Made by a program: the position numbers and the translations under genes. From IMG/VR virus record IMGVR_UViG_3300047281_000098, positions 1-64,000 of that record: a stretch of 64,000 bases of DNA, one strand, 5' to 3'. Source of the stretch: a virus. This document shows, one piece after another, positions 62,367 to 64,000 of this stretch (positions are counted from its first letter, which is position 1; every line of letters begins with the position of its first letter). The notes below the pieces were generated by a model that saw nothing but the letters and a program-made list of their open reading frames with translations, made no database searches and was not told the DNA's origin.

Positions 62367-64000
62367 GCAATTATCCAAATTTCAAAATTACAACAGCGTT
62401 CAGGCAATCTAGTAGACTTACCACAATTAGATGACGCTGAATTTGGGTGGGCATCTGATTCCAAACGACTGTTCATCGGTAAATCTACCCCTAATGAAAA
62501 TATTGAGGTTCTAACTTCATACTCAAATATTAGCTTTAGTCAAATAAATGGTAGTATTGGTAATTTAAATATAACTGCTGCTTCAGCCGGGCAAGTACTA
62601 AGTTATGATGGTACTAATTGGATCAATTATACTGGCACAGGCTTAGCTGGATCAGGTAATTTACAGTTAGGTAATGTCTCGAATGTTCGGATAGCAGGCG
62701 GTGCTATTGGGTATGTATTACAAACAGACGGGCAAGGTAATTTATCTTGGACACCTAAAACTACAGTTACTGCTACTATAAAGGGATTAAGTGCTGCCAC
62801 TCCGGTTGTTATGACTGTTGACGCCAACACTCCGTATACTAACGCAACACAAGTAACTATTTCAGGAGCTACTGGAGCCGGCAATACCATTGTTAATGGA
62901 TTAAGCTTTTATGTTAAAGTAGCTACAAATTTCCCAACTACTGGCAATGTATCACTTTACACTGATGCTACTCTGCTGACTGCCCTAGTAGGCACCGGTA
63001 TTGTGTACACAGCAAATTCTGGTATCGCAGTGTCAACTATTAGCGGATCAGGTACTAGTGCTGCCGGCGGCGCATCAACATCAATTCAATATAATAATGG
63101 TGGTATCATCACAGGTTCAGCAAACTTAACGTTTGATTTTACCACTAATTTATTTACTGTATCTGGTAATGCTAATGCGGGGAATATTAACACCTCAGGA
63201 GTTGTTACCTCAAGTAGAGTTATCTCAAATATAGCAACCGGTACAGCGCCACTAACTATAACAAGTTCAACTCTTGTGCCTAACTTATATGTTGCACGAG
63301 CGAATGTAGCTGATTTCGAAGTTGTTACTACCCGAACAACCGGTACATTTTACCCAACTTTTGTCAGCGGAAATACTACTGCGAATTATTCGCAATCATC
63401 TAATGCTAATTTATCTTTCAATGTAGCCACTGGCGCACTAGCTGCTACTCTATTGACAGGTACATTAACAACAGTAGCACAGCCAAACATTACAAGCGTA
63501 GGTACTTTGACATCAGTAGATGTTACTGGTATTGCTACAGTAGGAGATATTCAAAAGACTGGTACAGCCGGTGACACACTGAGTATTTTTGGCGCAGGAA
63601 ATACAAATGTTAACGGGGCAGGTGGCATCATTCAAGTTTTTGCGGGTGATGGTAACGGTACAGGAACGGGCGGTGCTCTATCACTGAACGCCGGTACAGC
63701 AAATTCTAGTGGTAACGCAGCAGGTGGTATGACCGAACTTAGGGCAGGAGAAGGATATGGTCAAGGTCAAGGCGGTACGGTAGGTATCTATTCAGGTGCG
63801 TCTGCTAATACATATGGTGCTACAGGTGGTAATATCACAATTACTGGTGGTACATATGACGGCGCCGGTGGTGATATGTCTATCACTGGCGGGCAGGCTG
63901 CTGGACTAAATCATATTGGTGGTGACATTACTGTTATAGCGGGCGCATCTACTGGTACTGGCACTTCAGGAAAAATAGTATTTCAGACATCAACAGTAGG
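62364..64000 (+). CDS. tail fibre protein, truncated by window end (not in ORF track)
   Basis: MAIIQISKLQQRSG..DLPQLDDAEFGWASDSKRLFIG, then Gly/Thr/Asn-rich fibre sequence apparently open to the end. Confidence 0.85.
   Translation, partial: MAIIQISKLQQRSGNLVDLPQLDDAEFGWASDSKRLFIGKSTPNENIEVLTSYSNISFSQINGSIGNLNITAASAGQVLSYDGTNWINYTGTGLAGSGNLQLGNVSNVRIAGGAIGYVLQTDGQGNLSWTPKTTVTATIKGLSAATPVVMTVDANTPYTNATQVTISGATGAGNTIVNGLSFYVKVATNFPTTGNVSLYTDATLLTALVGTGIVYTANSGIAVSTISGSGTSAAGGASTSIQYNNGGIITGSANLTFDFTTNLFTVSGNANAGNINTSGVVTSSRVISNIATGTAPLTITSSTLVPNLYVARANVADFEVVTTRTTGTFYPTFVSGNTTANYSQSSNANLSFNVATGALAATLLTGTLTTVAQPNITSVGTLTSVDVTGIATVGDIQKTGTAGDTLSIFGAGNTNVNGAGGIIQVFAGDGNGTGTGGALSLNAGTANSSGNAAGGMTELRAGEGYGQGQGGTVGIYSGASANTYGATGGNITITGGTYDGAGGDMSITGGQAAGLNHIGGDITVIAGASTGTGTSGKIVFQTSTV

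Noticed and set aside
63-62890. numerous antisense and alternate-frame ORFs in the track (e.g. 319-774, 6679-7185, 51096-51665, 56945-57490)
   Set aside because: They are shadows of well-supported plus-strand genes, with no RBS, promoter or recognisable motifs.
1-64000. stop-codon reassignment
   Set aside because: Conserved genes are intact in code 11 and TAA, TGA and TAG all end genes at expected positions.

Overview
A 64 kb segment of a large lytic tailed dsDNA phage with T4-superfamily-like core genes. It uses the standard genetic code and is almost entirely + strand. CspA, IscA and the tmRNA tag look betaproteobacterial, which hints at the host (inference). Layout: (i) 1-9.5 kb, early accessory region with cspA, smpB, a circularly permuted (two-piece) tmRNA, a phosphoesterase, an RNA ligase, a Pth2-like protein and a repeated MNERI...KFAELIV...HFGVEE mini-gene family; (ii) 9.5-21 kb, a divergent putative endonuclease/adenine methyltransferase pair, MoxR+vWA, DHFR, ThyA and sugar-nucleotide enzymes; (iii) 21-33 kb, spanins, a secreted nuclease, virion proteins, a tail fibre and TerL; (iv) 33-56 kb, SSB, UvsX/Y/W, a run of promoter-headed cassettes, about 23 tandem small genes mostly ending in F-x-L-R-W, an exonuclease, a 199-aa miniature DnaE, primase and helicase; (v) 56-64 kb, head-associated proteins, IscA, a PD-(D/E)xK nuclease and a tail fibre cut by the window edge. 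The best candidates for new biology are the translationally coupled LRW array, some members of which carry fragments resembling major capsid and P-loop motifs (possible decoys); three further junction-defined cassette systems; and a restriction-enzyme-like protein with a capsid-targeting-like leader next to a methyltransferase. All family assignments come from motif recognition by eye; no searches were run.
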